Positions 12,586 to 25,482 of a stretch of 64,000 nt of DNA are shown piece by piece. The notes under the pieces are model-generated. The model saw only the letters and a list, made by a program, of their open reading frames with translations. It made no database searches and was not told where the DNA came from. Within the stretch, counting starts at the first letter, position 1. The number at the start of each line of letters is the position of its first letter. The DNA comes from Eledone cirrhosa (Eukaryota). A program made the position numbers and the translations under genes. Location of the stretch: positions 89,094,001 through 89,158,000 of the forward strand of contig OZ024742.1 in NCBI GenBank assembly GCA_964016885.1, given 5' to 3'.

Positions 12586-15500
12586 TTCGTCTACAGCGTG
12601 GTGATAATGCCACACAAGAGCAAGGTGGAGCGGAGCAACCACCGGAGACGATGAATCCACAGATGGTTATGTAACCAAACATTTGCCAATCCTCGATAAG
12701 AGTGTTTAAATATCGAACCTAAACAGTTCGAATAACGGTGAAATGGAGACTAGAACGTCATGTGACAGACTCTCACCCAACAGGTGCTCCCTGGCTCAGC
12801 AGCAGGAACCTGGCTGTCAACCAAATACTGCTGGTGTCGGAGGAAGAAGAAGGAAAGGGACCAGAACCAACTGGACGAAAGAATTGAATAGAACTGTTAT
12901 GCAATGCTACCTGAAAAGTAACCCCAAGGAGAGGGGCTATAGGAAACGGATGCATAACATTTGGAACGAGATTGGTCTATTTAAATTAGATGAACAAAAA
13001 TTGGCCGGGCAGGCTCGGGTAATAAGAACTAATGGGTGGATAAGCGAGCTGGAACTGGAGGAACTGAGCAGAGAGATTAGCTTAGAGATGGAGGGTGGAG
13101 TATGCCAGGCAAACGAGCCAGTGGGAAATGAAGGTGAAGAGGTCGAGAGAATGGAGGAACCACCCGAAGCAGACAATGATCTGAATACTGAGATAAATAA
13201 TACCTGGAACAGAGATACGGCCACTGAGGAGATGAATGCTGACGGGCTAGGACAAGATTCGGTTGACATCCTAAATTTAGTGGTAGATGAATTGAACAAT
13301 GATAGTGGGAGACCTATGAACGTAAGATTTGTAGACAGGAAAAAGTTAAAAGAAACAACAGCTAAGGTAAACAAAGTCATCCCATACCTTAAGGCGAGGA
13401 GCCTTCACCAGTGCAACAATATCCTCAAAGCAACAGCAAATACGGTGAGGAAACTACTTGGTATAAAAGCGAGAGGAAACAACAGACAAGAAAGAGCAGA
13501 GCCTTGGTGGAAGAAACGACTGAGTGGTCAAATCAGGGAAATGAGAAATGGCATTGGAAAGCTTGAGTCACTACTGAATGGGACACTAAAAAACATAGGC
13601 ACTAAAAATAGACTGGAAATAAAGTACAAAACTAGGAGGAAAAAGCTAAATATTATCATAGAGGAACTGAAGCAACGCATTGTAGCAAAGAGTGCAAAAA
13701 TCAGGCGATACGAGAACAGAGTCAGTCAGTATAAACAGAACCGCATGTTCGACAACAACCAGAAGATGCTGTTTGGACAGCTTGAGGGGAAAGAAAGAGG
13801 CAACGACTTGATCCCTGAGGCGGAACAAACTAAAACATTCTGGAGAGGAATATGGGAGCAGGATGTTAGACATAATGACCAGGCAGGGTGGATTGAGACA
13901 GTACAGAGGGAGATCGGTGAGCAGGCACACCAACAAACTGATTTGAGTATCACAGTTGAAACTTTTAAGGGGCAGGCCAAAAAACTAACCAACAGGAAAT
14001 CACCAGGCCCAGATGGTGTGCAGGTGTATTGGATTAAAAATATAACATCCCTCCACCCGAAATTGACAACCATGTTCAATGACTGCTTGATGTCAAGTGA
14101 GGTACCAGAGTGGTTGACAAAAGGTACCACAGTTCGGATAATGAAAGACCGAATCAAGGGTAATGATGTTACCAACTATAGACCTATCACATGTCTGTCC
14201 GTAATGTGGAAACTGTTGAAGAGCATTGTGTCTGAGGAAATCTACCATCACCTCCACACAAACAACTTGTTACCGGACGAACAGAAAGGATGCCGAAAGA
14301 AGTCACGTGGTACAAAGGACCAGTTACTTATTGATAAGATGGTAATGGGGAATTGCAGGAGGAGACACACTGATCTTGCCATGGGATGGATAGACTACAG
14401 AAAGGCATTTGACATGGTGCCTCATTCTTGGATCACCAAAAGCCTGGAGATCTTCAAGGTGGCAGATAACATCAGACAGTTGTTGGGCAAGAGTATGAGT
14501 TTCTGGGAAACAGAGTTGACATCAACTGGAGAATCCTTGGGAAGCGTGAAGATCAAGAGAGGTATCTTCCAGGGAGATAGCCTGTCCCCTCTGTTGTTTG
14601 TCCTTGCCCTGATGCCCCTGACCAGTGTACTGCGAAAAGTGAGAGCAGGATACGGGTTGGGAAAGGGAGGGCTTACCATCAATCACCTCCTCTTCATGGA
14701 CGATCTTAAGCTCTTCGGAAAGAGTGAGAAGGAGTTGGATGTGCTTGTTGACACTGTCCGTATTTTCAGCAGTGATATATGTATGCAGTTTGGTATTAGT
14801 AAGTGTGGAGTCATTGTGATGAGGAGGGGTAGGTTGAGCAGAAGTAACGGAATCCAGATACCAACAGGTGAGACGATAAAGGAAATTGACTCTGAGGAAG
14901 GATACAAGTATTTGGGCGTTCTGGAGGCTGATGGCATAAAGAACAAAAAAATGAAGGAATTGTTAAGAACTGAATACATTCGGAGAGTAAGGAGCGTATT
15001 GAAGTCACATCTGAACAGCAGAAATGCCATAAGCGCAGTAAATTCCCGATCTGTGTCTATTATTAGGTACAGTGCGGGAATTCTGAGATGGAATGTTGCT
15101 GAACAAAAAGAAATGGATAGGAAGACTAGGAAGCTATTGACTATCTACAACATGTTCCACAAGAGGAGTGATGTCGATAGACTCTACCTAAGGAGATCTG
15201 AGGGTGGAAGAGGTCTTATCAGCATAGAGGACTGTGTTCAGATGGAGAAAAACAACCTACACAAATACGTGACTGATAGTAAGGAGCCAATGCTCAGAAC
15301 TGTACTGAAGGAGGGGACAATAGGCCAGGGGATGTCCGAGGAGGAAATAACATCAAGGAGAAAGAGCAGCCTTCAGGAAAATTCCCTTCATAGTACCTTC
15401 TTTGAGAAAACTGAATTTAGAGATCCACAGACATGGAACTGGTTGAGAAGAGGAGACCTTAAAAAGGCTACAGAAGGAATGTTAATGGCTGCGCAGGAGC

Positions 15501-16208
15501 AGGCCCTCAAAACGAAGTGGTTGAAACACCATATTTACAAGGAGGAGGCTAGCCCACTGTGCAGGATCTGTGGAGAGAGAGAGGAGACTGTGGCTCGCAT
15601 TTTATCCGAGTGTAAACACCTAGCCCAGAATTACTATAAGGGCTGGAGAGATGATGTGATGGGAAGGGTGATCCACTGGCACCTATGCAAAGTAAACAAT
15701 TTACCACATTCTGAGAGGTGTTATGAGCATAAGCTAGAGGCGGTGAGAGAAAACGATCAGGTGAAGGTGCTGTGGGATTTTAGGATACAGACGGACAAGA
15801 AACTTGAACACAATAGACCTGACCTGGTGGTTTTGGACAAAGAAAGAAGATCGTGCCTGATTGTTGATGTGGCCTGCCCATTCGACACGAGAGTGCAAGA
15901 GAAGGAGAGGGAGAAAATTAACCGATACCAGGACTTAAAGTGGGAGGTAAAAAGGATTTGGAACTGCCATGATGTCAAAGTGGTCCCGATTGTCATAGGT
16001 GTACTAGGTACTATCTCAAAAAGTTTCCAGGGATGGTTAAAGAAAATTGGCCCCTTCACGCTTTTTCGAACGCTTCAAAAGGCATGCTTGCTGGGAACAG
16101 CAAGAACCCTCCGATACGTCCTGAATATCTGAGGCTGCAGGTAGTGGCTTGATATTCATTTCAACAAACTTTCCAGTTAACTAACATCAATGACTGAGAC
16201 TCAAAGAA
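12586..16208 (+). mobile_element. Full-length R4/Dong-like LINE, family B
   Basis: Short structured 5' UTR after (GTTT)n, the ORF above, and a 3' UTR ending GAGACTCAAAGA followed by (AAT)n. The 5' boundary is approximate. Confidence 0.85.
12743..16132 (+). CDS. Uninterrupted ORF of an R4/Dong-clade non-LTR retrotransposon (family B): RT, CCHC knuckle and RLE endonuclease, 1129 aa
   Basis: N-terminal RxxWTxExN...GYRKRM motif; RT motifs PGPDG, NYRPITCL, DYRKAFD, FQGDSLSP, FMDD; GGRGL; CxxC knuckle; RPDLVV...IVDVACP (PD-D RLE motif). Confidence 0.95.
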   Translation: METRTSCDRLSPNRCSLAQQQEPGCQPNTAGVGGRRRKGTRTNWTKELNRTVMQCYLKSNPKERGYRKRMHNIWNEIGLFKLDEQKLAGQARVIRTNGWISELELEELSREISLEMEGGVCQANEPVGNEGEEVERMEEPPEADNDLNTEINNTWNRDTATEEMNADGLGQDSVDILNLVVDELNNDSGRPMNVRFVDRKKLKETTAKVNKVIPYLKARSLHQCNNILKATANTVRKLLGIKARGNNRQERAEPWWKKRLSGQIREMRNGIGKLESLLNGTLKNIGTKNRLEIKYKTRRKKLNIIIEELKQRIVAKSAKIRRYENRVSQYKQNRMFDNNQKMLFGQLEGKERGNDLIPEAEQTKTFWRGIWEQDVRHNDQAGWIETVQREIGEQAHQQTDLSITVETFKGQAKKLTNRKSPGPDGVQVYWIKNITSLHPKLTTMFNDCLMSSEVPEWLTKGTTVRIMKDRIKGNDVTNYRPITCLSVMWKLLKSIVSEEIYHHLHTNNLLPDEQKGCRKKSRGTKDQLLIDKMVMGNCRRRHTDLAMGWIDYRKAFDMVPHSWITKSLEIFKVADNIRQLLGKSMSFWETELTSTGESLGSVKIKRGIFQGDSLSPLLFVLALMPLTSVLRKVRAGYGLGKGGLTINHLLFMDDLKLFGKSEKELDVLVDTVRIFSSDICMQFGISKCGVIVMRRGRLSRSNGIQIPTGETIKEIDSEEGYKYLGVLEADGIKNKKMKELLRTEYIRRVRSVLKSHLNSRNAISAVNSRSVSIIRYSAGILRWNVAEQKEMDRKTRKLLTIYNMFHKRSDVDRLYLRRSEGGRGLISIEDCVQMEKNNLHKYVTDSKEPMLRTVLKEGTIGQGMSEEEITSRRKSSLQENSLHSTFFEKTEFRDPQTWNWLRRGDLKKATEGMLMAAQEQALKTKWLKHHIYKEEASPLCRICGEREETVARILSECKHLAQNYYKGWRDDVMGRVIHWHLCKVNNLPHSERCYEHKLEAVRENDQVKVLWDFRIQTDKKLEHNRPDLVVLDKERRSCLIVDVACPFDTRVQEKEREKINRYQDLKWEVKRIWNCHDVKVVPIVIGVLGTISKSFQGWLKKIGPFTLFRTLQKACLLGTARTLRYVLNI

Positions 16209-16218
16209 CAATAATAAT

Positions 16219-19200
16219 GCTTTCTTTATTAACCCCAAGGGTCTACATAAAGTAGACATTAAGGACAGTACAGGACAATACAGGGCGGTACAAATGGGCA
16301 TTTCTGCGTGTAAAAAACGAGAAACAGAGGATGTAATAATAGAACAATGAAAAAATTCCCCAATAGGTGGGAGACTTCCGAGGGACATTCGTGGAGAAAG
16401 CCCATTAAAAAGCCACAGTGACCCTGACCACCAGGGCAAGTGCCCTCTCCCAGTTTTCCACCTTTAATTTACAGACACATACTCACAGTAGGCCCATTCA
16501 CTCGGGCCATTCTTGCCTCTCTCACCCATCTTTCAACAAAATGCTGGGAAGAGAGCACTTCCCTTTCTACCCTGATTTTCCTTTTTAAATGAAACTTGAA
16601 ATAGTTAATCAGGGCATCACCCAAGAGGTAAATGCTCGTCTTCAGCCCTTTCAAGTGTGTCCACCATACTATCTCTTTCGCCATATCCACCAAACAGATA
16701 AAAACTGCCTGCCCTTCCCGGCTAAAGGAAGAGGGCGGGGCAATCCTCACGATGGACTCAGCCGATAGCTGGATCCGTCCTACACGCGACAGCAGGTGTT
16801 CGACATAAACCCGCAAGTCAGCAATTTTCGGACACTGGACGAGTGCGTGCAGGACGGTTTCTTCGCCTTGCGCGCATCTAGGACATGCCCGGCTGACGGC
16901 ACCTCCATGCCTGTAGAGATTATGCCGAACTGGCAAAGCTCCTCGGTAGCACTGCCAGGCCTGGGATTTCTGGAAGTTGTCCATAGGCCCCGGCCCGAAA
17001 GTCCTTCCGAAGAGATTGGCTAGTTGATTTTCGTCGACGCCTAGAGGTTCCCCAAGTACGTCGTCGCTCTTCCCCTCCACTAATCCTCTATAGAACGCCA
17101 AGGTGGAGTTTCGACCGATCACAAAATTCTCGATTGGTCGAGGGCTGGAGCGCCTGAAGACATTCCAGTCTCCAAGCGCTCCCTCTCGGTCTTCGCTTGA
17201 CCCAGGACTGCAGCTCCGTTAAGGATACGAGCTGGGAAAAGACGCGTCTAGGAAACGGAGACCACACCTGATCACCGTCGAGGAAGAGGTGGAGATGTCG
17301 TAGCCTGAGCGCGTGTCTTCGCATCATCAGCTACGGCATTCCCAGCCCTCCACGTAGCGGGTGTTGACAGCAGATGGACCGCCTGACCATCGGAGCGCGT
17401 CCCTTCCACTAAAAGCAAAAGAGCAAACGCTCCAGAGCAGTCAGGCGGGGCTTAGGACAAGGTACGACGGTCAGGCGGTAGTAGATGACGGACGCGATAT
17501 ACGCGTTAGCCACCTCCGCTCGACCTTTCAGGGATAGCTTCCTCACGGCCCATTTCTGGGTGAGAGAAGCCACCCTGCTTGTCACCTCGTCCCAGTTTTT
17601 GTCCGTCTGGAGATCCGGACCAAACCAGACTCCGAGCCTTTTAACTGGTCCGTCCGTCCAGCGCCCGACGACGCTGTTGGACGGCATGGACCTGCCTCTC
17701 CAGGTGCCGAGCTGCAGGTCCACTGACTTTTCCTGGTTGATCATTGCACCTGTCAGCGCTTCGTATTCTCTTAGTGTAGTGCCGATCGCCTCGATGTGTT
17801 TGGCGTTCGACACCACTACGGCGACATTGTCCGCATACGCTGACACGGATCTTCCGCATCCTAGTTCGCGCGGGATCCCCCTCAACGTCTCCAGTTTGTG
17901 CAGTAATAGCTCGAGAGTCAATACGTACAAGAGGAACGAGAGGGGACATCCTTGGCGGATCGAGCGCATGATGTTGAACGGTTCCGAAAGGTGACCGTTC
18001 ACTCTCACCACAGAGCAAATGTCGCTGTGCATGGCAGCGATCCAGCCTCTGAAGACGGGCCCAAAGCCAGCCGCCCTCAGGACTACCGCTAGGTAACGAT
18101 GGTCGACTCTATCGAAAGCTTTCGACTGATCTAAATTGATCAAGGACCCACCCGTGCCATGTTCCCTAGCTACCATCTCTACGATGTATCGCATGAGGTG
18201 GAGGTTGTCGTGGATGGATCTGTCGGGAATGGCGCATGTCTGCGCCTCTCCCGCCAGCCCACCAACGACAAACGCCAAACTCTTTGCTAGCACCTTGGCT
18301 CAATAATTGAACTCTGTGTTTAGCAGAGTTATGGGCCTAAAATTATCTATGTTATCCCTCTTGTTCGGATCCTTTCTCAGCAGCGCCACAGTTCCTCGGT
18401 TCACAGAGCTAGGAATTCTCCCGTTCTGTTGCCAGTTGCAGTAAACGTCTGCCAAGAGGCCTCCGAACAAGTCTGGCATCTGTACGTAAAGTTCATAGGG
18501 CAGACCATCTAAACCAGGCGATTTACCCCATGTGCAGCCAGCCATTGCCTCCCGTACTTCAGCGGCTGTTATCGGTTTTTCGCAACACCCCGCCTCAGTG
18601 GTTGAGAACCGCGGCAGTCCGTCGAGGTAGACACTAAAGTCCATTTCTCGATCCGGCCCGCCACTCGGGCCCATTGAACTGCTTTCGTCCCCTCGTGTCT
18701 GAGAGCACGCACCCTAGCTCTGACAACGCAGCCTTCGTGCTTTGCATTGAAGAATTGGTCAAGGCCAATTCCGCCGCAAGTACGTCGGTCGCGATGCCTT
18801 TGCTAAGCGCCTCGTCTAATTTTCTAACTAGTTCTCCCTCTGCTCTATTTTTTTCTATTGCTAAAGTCTTACTAAACCTAATGGACTCTATTCTAATCGC
18901 TCTTTTCAGAGCAAACCACCACTTTTTGTTGACGATGTCCCCCGTCAACGCCCGCTTAACTAGTTCGCTAATCCGGTCTCTGTAGGCCTTGCGCGCTGGT
19001 AAGGACGCATTTAGCTTCCAGTACCCGGCTCCTCGTCTATGAAGCCTATCTAAGTCAAGCACACAGATCACGAATTTGTCGTCCGTGTAGCTGACTATCT
19101 TGAATTGTGGACAGCGTGCATCTAAGATCCCGTTCCAGTCGCCCACTAACACTAAAGAGCGGCACGTTCCAAGAAAGGTCTCCAGACTCCGGAAGAAATC

Positions 19201-21711
19201 AGGCCGCCCTGCTCCTGTCGGGGCATAGACGGCCACTAGCCTGAAAGCTTGTCCGTCTCCGCTGGTCATGTCCAGTACCACCAACTTAACCTCTGGGTCC
19301 AGGAAGATGGCCCGTATGGCGAGATCCAAACCTCTCCGAAAAAGCACAGCAACTCCGCCCCCCGATCCAGGACGGCTGGGAGATGCGTACACATCGTAGC
19401 CGCGCAAGATCTGTGCGAAGGCCGTGCTTCGGAGATTCTGGTCTCGCTGATGGCCACTACATCTATATTTAGTGACCTGAGGTCGTTGAGCAGGTGGCCC
19501 GGCTTCCATGACGACCCCAAACCACGCGCCTTTATGCTGCCTATTCTGAGTGAGGTCATGTTGAAATGGAGTGGAAAGGATGGGAGAGACCACTTACCTT
19601 ACTTCTCGTAGAGGAAGGATGGTTTCTCCATCCTTTTCACTGCTTGTGGCCTCCTCCGGAAGGACGTCCTTATAAATCCTCCTGGAGAGTGCTTGTCGGA
19701 AGTCTTGTCGGAATTTTTGTTTTAGTTTCGTGTACGTTTTCTGTGCGATGCGAGTGATTCGTATGTGTGGAGGTGGTGTGAAGTTTTGGGTTGTTGTGTA
19801 GTCTTTTTCTGTGATACTGGTGTTGTGTTGGATGTAGTGTAATAATTGGTTGTTGTTCAAATTTATTGCTGTGTAGTGTGTATCGTTTTGGTTGTTTTGT
19901 TTTGTTTGCGTTTGTTGTGGGTTTGTTTCTGTTTCGCCTTTTGGTGACTTTTGTGGTGTTGGTGATGGTGGTATTGGGGTTAATGATGGTGATGGTGTTG
20001 GTGTTTGTGGTGATGGGGTTGGTGATGCTGGTGTGGATGGTGGCATAGCTGTCCTAACTTATTTGTTTGATAGTTTATTTGTTTCCCTCTGTATTTTGTT
20101 TTTGGAGGGGGAAGGAAGGGGAATTTTTCTTTTTTCGTTACTTTTTTTTTCTTTTTCTGATACCGTTTCCCACTCCTCGTCGTCACAATCTGTCTCCAGT
20201 TGCGATAGGTCGAGGAGTGGAAAATCCTCCACAGGCCTTGGTTTTGGTTCTGGCGTGGTGTATGGTGTACGCGCTGGTGCTAATTCTGGCGCGTTGGGTG
20301 GTGGTAGTGTTGGTTTTGCTACTGTTGCTGGGGTTATTGCTGTTACAGTTGCTTCTGTTGTTGCTGCTGGTGGTGTTGATAGTTGAGTCACTGGGGTGGG
20401 TAAGAAAGGTGGCCTCAACCTTTTAGCCTGAGGGCAGAAAGCCCTTAGGTGGGTTCCTTTACCACAATCGATACACCTAGGCCTTCTGCCTTCAACGATT
20501 ACGATGAGGTGGTTGCCGTCAGTGAGGTCTATTACCTCTGGGATCTCCTCAATGCTATTTTTGTCCGCTTGGATCAGGATCTCCATCCCAGATCCGGACC
20601 AGTTCTCCTGCTTTAATTTCGCTATTTCGATTATCTTGGTGTTGGCTTCGTTGCAGGCGAGGACAGCAGCCGTTAGCCAGGGAATTTCGATGGTCGGTGG
20701 AACGCGGGTCACCTTGATCTTCACGAGTGTCTGGCCACAATAGCTTGGGACGAGTGTGAAGTCGTCACTTCTTAATGGGGCCATGGAGTGTCCTCTGGCC
20801 TCCTGTGGTGTTCCAAAGAACACGTCCACGGTTCCATATTTCTGCCCAGGTCTGATGTGCATTTTTTTGCCCACACACGTCCCAAAGCTTTTTGGATTTG
20901 GGACTCGGATGCCCGTTCCACTCGGCGCGATGTTATGTTAATCGTCTGATAAGACACGGTGCATAGGCGCCGATGCTCCATTATATTAGGTGGGGTGAAG
21001 CTGACCCTGTACCCATCTTTCTTTACCATTTTATTGGCTTCTTCTAATTCCTCCTGAGTTACCTGGAATGCTTCGCACTTTTTTGCTACTCTGGCAAAGG
21101 ACAGGGTTTTCTTATTCTCATTATTGCTGTTGTTATCGTTATTTGTGTTATTGTTAATTTTAGTTTCAGTTTTGGTGGTGGTGGCGTCAGTGGTGTTCGG
21201 TGTAGAAGATTTCATTTTGGCTGAATTCGTTTCGATATCACGAGATAATTTATTTTTTTCTTTTGTTTCTGTTGTCGCTGTGGTGGTGGTGGTGGGGTGG
21301 CGGCTTCAACACCAGTAGTCATTGGTAATGGCGGGAAATGAATGTCTGCCTGAGACAAATTTAGAATATTGCTACTGTTTATATTTTTAGTGTTGGCAAA
21401 CGTAGTAATATTTACAATGGTGGTGTCGGTCTGAGGTGTTAGTTTGTGAGAAATGCTCTCAGCTACTGGGTTCAGCTGTGAGTCGGCCATGATTTTCCAA
21501 AGACATTTTTTTTGTTTGTTTGTTTGATAATTATAAAAGTTTAAATTTTGGCTCAAGGCTCCAATCTTTTTGAGTGTCCTTTTCAGAAAACAATGTATGT
21601 GCACTTATATACAGTTAACAATAAAAATGTTCCACTAATGGCAATTTTAAACAACTGAAAATAACAAACCTTTGCGGAGCTCAGGATAATACTATTTACT
21701 ACATAGGTCAC
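16219..21711 (-). mobile_element. Near full-length Tx1/L1-clade LINE, disrupted (ORF1 ~21604-19594; ORF2 APE-RT-zf ~19559-16469)
   Basis: ORF1 CCHC knuckle CIDCGKGTHLRAFC; APE motifs (ISET, VYAP, GDWN, GYWKLN); RT SPGLDG, DQSKAFD, QGCPLS, YADN; CPRC...ETVLHALVQC; 3' AATAAAGAAAGC(ATT)n. Flanked by CAATAATAAT on both sides. Confidence 0.92.
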
Positions 21712-21729
21712 CAATAATAATAATAATAA

Positions 21730-21904
21730 TTGTTTCTACTTTAGGTACAAGGCCAGCAATTACCCAGTGCATTACCGGTACTTTATTTTATCGACCCCGT
21801 AAGGATGAAAGGCAAAGTCAACCTCGGCGGGATTTGAACTCAGATCGTAAAGGGACATAACTATGCTGGAAAGCATGGCGTCCGACCCTCTACCGATACT
21901 GCCA
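21730..21904 (-). mobile_element. SINE, same family
   Basis: A-box-like GGCAGTATCGG, B box, core and ATT tail. Confidence 0.88.
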
Positions 21905-22190
21905 TGAGAGGGAGAAAATTAACCAATACCAGGATTTAAAGTGGGAGTTAAAAAGAATGTGGAACTGTCATGAAATCTAGGTCATCCCGATTGTCATAGG
22001 AGCACTAGGTATTATCTCAAAGAGTTTCCAAGGATGGTTAAAGAAGATTAGTCCAGCCCCGTTTTTTTTAACACTTCAAAAGGCATGCTTGCTGGGAACC
22101 GCAAGAACCCTCCGATACGTCCTGAATGTCTGAGGCTTGATATTCATTTCAACAAACTTTCCAGTTAAATAAAATCAATGATGAAACTCA
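21905..22190 (+). mobile_element. Diverged 3' fragment of family B with (AAT)n tail
   Basis: EKINQYQDLKWE...LLGTARTLRYVLNV* and a 3' UTR like 15905-16208. Confidence 0.88.
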
Positions 22191-22349
22191 AATAATAATA
22201 ATAATAATTATTATTATTATTAGGGGGAATTTTCCATTGTTTCCATTTTCATTGTTACTGTTTATATATATATATATGTTTCTATGTCTTTTTTTTCTTT
22301 TCTTATATAAATAATAAAAATCTTTACACACACAAAACGCACATCGTAC

Positions 22350-22531
22350 CGTCCTGTACCGTCCTGTGCCGTCTGTAATGTTTTTCTTGATATCAGCCCT
22401 TGTGGCCAATAAAGAAATCATTATTGCTATTATTTCTACTTTTGGCAGAAGGCCAGCAATTATCCAGCGCATTACTGGTACTTTATTTTATCGACACCGT
22501 AAGGATGAAAGGCAAAGTTAACCTCGGCGGG
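22350..22531. mobile_element. Tx1-like 3' end (plus, ...GGCCAATAAAGAAATCATTATT) abutting a SINE fragment (minus, 22432-22531)
   Basis: Similar to the 3' UTR at 16219-16320 and to the SINE core. Confidence 0.65.
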
Positions 22532-22792
22532 CTGACGATTTGTTCAACCTTCATTACGTTTATTGATTGATGACGCACGTTTCACTATTGATCAGCTTAA
22601 GATTCGATCTGTATCGATCTGGCAAGACTCTGGAATAAAAAGCTCGTCGGACATCTGCCATTGTAATGAAGGCTTAAATGATGGTCCTGAATGGCTTAAA
22701 TATTAACGCTGTTTAGCTCTTCACTGACGTGAACCTAAACATCGTGTGCTCACCTGGGCGAACATGCAGTAACTTCACGTTACACTCCCTGG

Positions 22793-22903
<111 letters not shown>

Positions 22904-23264
22904 AAAACTGAAAGAATGAAACGAAATTTCATTTCCCACTCTTAGTACGGCTGTTAATTAATTATAAGTATAAGTATGTACACGTACATACATATATGTA
23001 TACAGACATACAGTAGTATGTACATATATATATACATACATGCACAGATACATACATTTACGTATGGATTCACCGAACATTTATTATAATGCTCGGTGTG
23101 TTTGTAAACAAACATCCCGTATTAAGCCGTAGTGTCCAGCAACCATCGTTGCTCGTTTGTTCCACACTGACAAAGGAACGCTGTTTTAGTTTCAAGCTTA
23201 TTAGCTATCGTCAGCAACGTATACCTTCCTGCCAGAGTGTTGAACGTCTGACAGTATATACTTT

Positions 23265-23890
23265 ATATATATATATTTCGTTTCTGAATTTGTTTAGCAA
23301 GATTCTTTATCTGAAAACGTGTGTTGAAACCGATATTGTTATACTTTGGGAGAGTCATGTTGCCGATAAGTAACACACGCACCAGTTGCTTTCACTTCAA
23401 TTTATTATAATAAATTTATAATTTAGGAATTTATAAATTTCCGGTTGGTTGGTTGGTTCCACAACCAGATGATCGTTTATATATTGTCAAAGTTCTTTCG
23501 TCACACATTCTGTGACCTCTTCAGTGACTGGGGATTATTTTCTTTGTTTTTGTGCCTCTCCTTTGTTCTGTCCTACGCCATCGTGTTTTTGTGTGTGTTC
23601 ACTCTCTCCCTCCTCTGTCTTCTCTCCTCTCTCCTTTTTCCTTTTTCTCTCTATCTCTCTCCCATGCACATGTTTTTTTTTAATATACAATACATACAAA
23701 AACAAGATGGTGTAGGACAGAACAAAGGAGAGGCACAAAAAAAAAGAAAACAAAAAAGAATGCCCAGTCACTGATGAGGTCAAAGAATGTGTGACGAATG
23801 AAATTTGACAATATATAAACAATCATCTGGTTGTGGAACCAACCAACCAACCGGAAATATATAAATTCATAAATTTATAAATTTATTATA
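23265..23890. repeat. pLTR-like repeat with inverted partial copy (arms ~23400-23590 and ~23700-23890)
   Basis: Same family as 42330-42884 and 46800-46910. Confidence 0.88.
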
Positions 23891-23901
23891 ACAATATATA
23901 T

Positions 23902-24668
<767 letters not shown>

Positions 24669-24782
24669 TATTATTGTTCTGCAACCCCATGCATTGAACC
24701 ACATTGTTAATAAAACAAAACCTATATATTTTCTAGCATTGATATGCATCTGTGTGTATATAAATGTTACTAGATATAAATT

Positions 24783-24834
<52 letters not shown>

Positions 24835-25043
24835 GATATATTAACAAATGGAAACTATATTTATAAAACCATATTTATTTCATTATACATATTTCAAGGA
24901 CGTATTATGAAATAAATATGGTTTTATAAATATAGTTTCCATTTGTTAATATATCGTATTTTTACTCCAATAATTTGTTGAGTGCTTTATATCAGTTATA
25001 AAAATATTTGCTTGTTGTATCCCAACAATTTAAATAGAACTTC

Positions 25044-25091
<48 letters not shown>

Positions 25092-25353
25092 CATATATAT
25101 CATACATATGTGAGTGTGTATGTATACATATATATAATACATTTCAGGTTTTCTTGACATGATATATCAGTGATTATTATGATATTCATCTCTCTTCTTT
25201 TCTCTCTTTCCATTCCCCTCACTTTCTTTCTCCCATCACTTTCCACTCTCTCCTCTCTCTCCATCCTCTGTCCTCTCTCCTTTCTCCTTCTTCCTTCCTC
25301 TCTCTATCTCTCTCCCATGCACATGTTTTTTTTTTAATATACAACAGACCTAC

Positions 25354-25482
25354 TTTATTGTAAGCATCCATAAAATAACCGATCTCCGTCATGTTGTATT
25401 TAGTAGGAAAACCCATAAATTCTGTCACTTGCTCAATAACATTGAAGATCACTTTTTTGGCTGGAAGAGGTGTTGGGATTAT
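25354..25482 (-). CDS. M13 peptidase exon 8 (IIPTPLPAKKVIFNVIEQ...FMDAYNK)
   Basis: TTTTTACAG acceptor, GTAGGT donor, 129 nt open, phase 0-0. Confidence 0.75.

Noticed and set aside
12773-16059. Antisense ORFs overlapping the LINE ORFs
   Set aside because: Shadow frames of the retrotransposon coding strand with no independent motifs.
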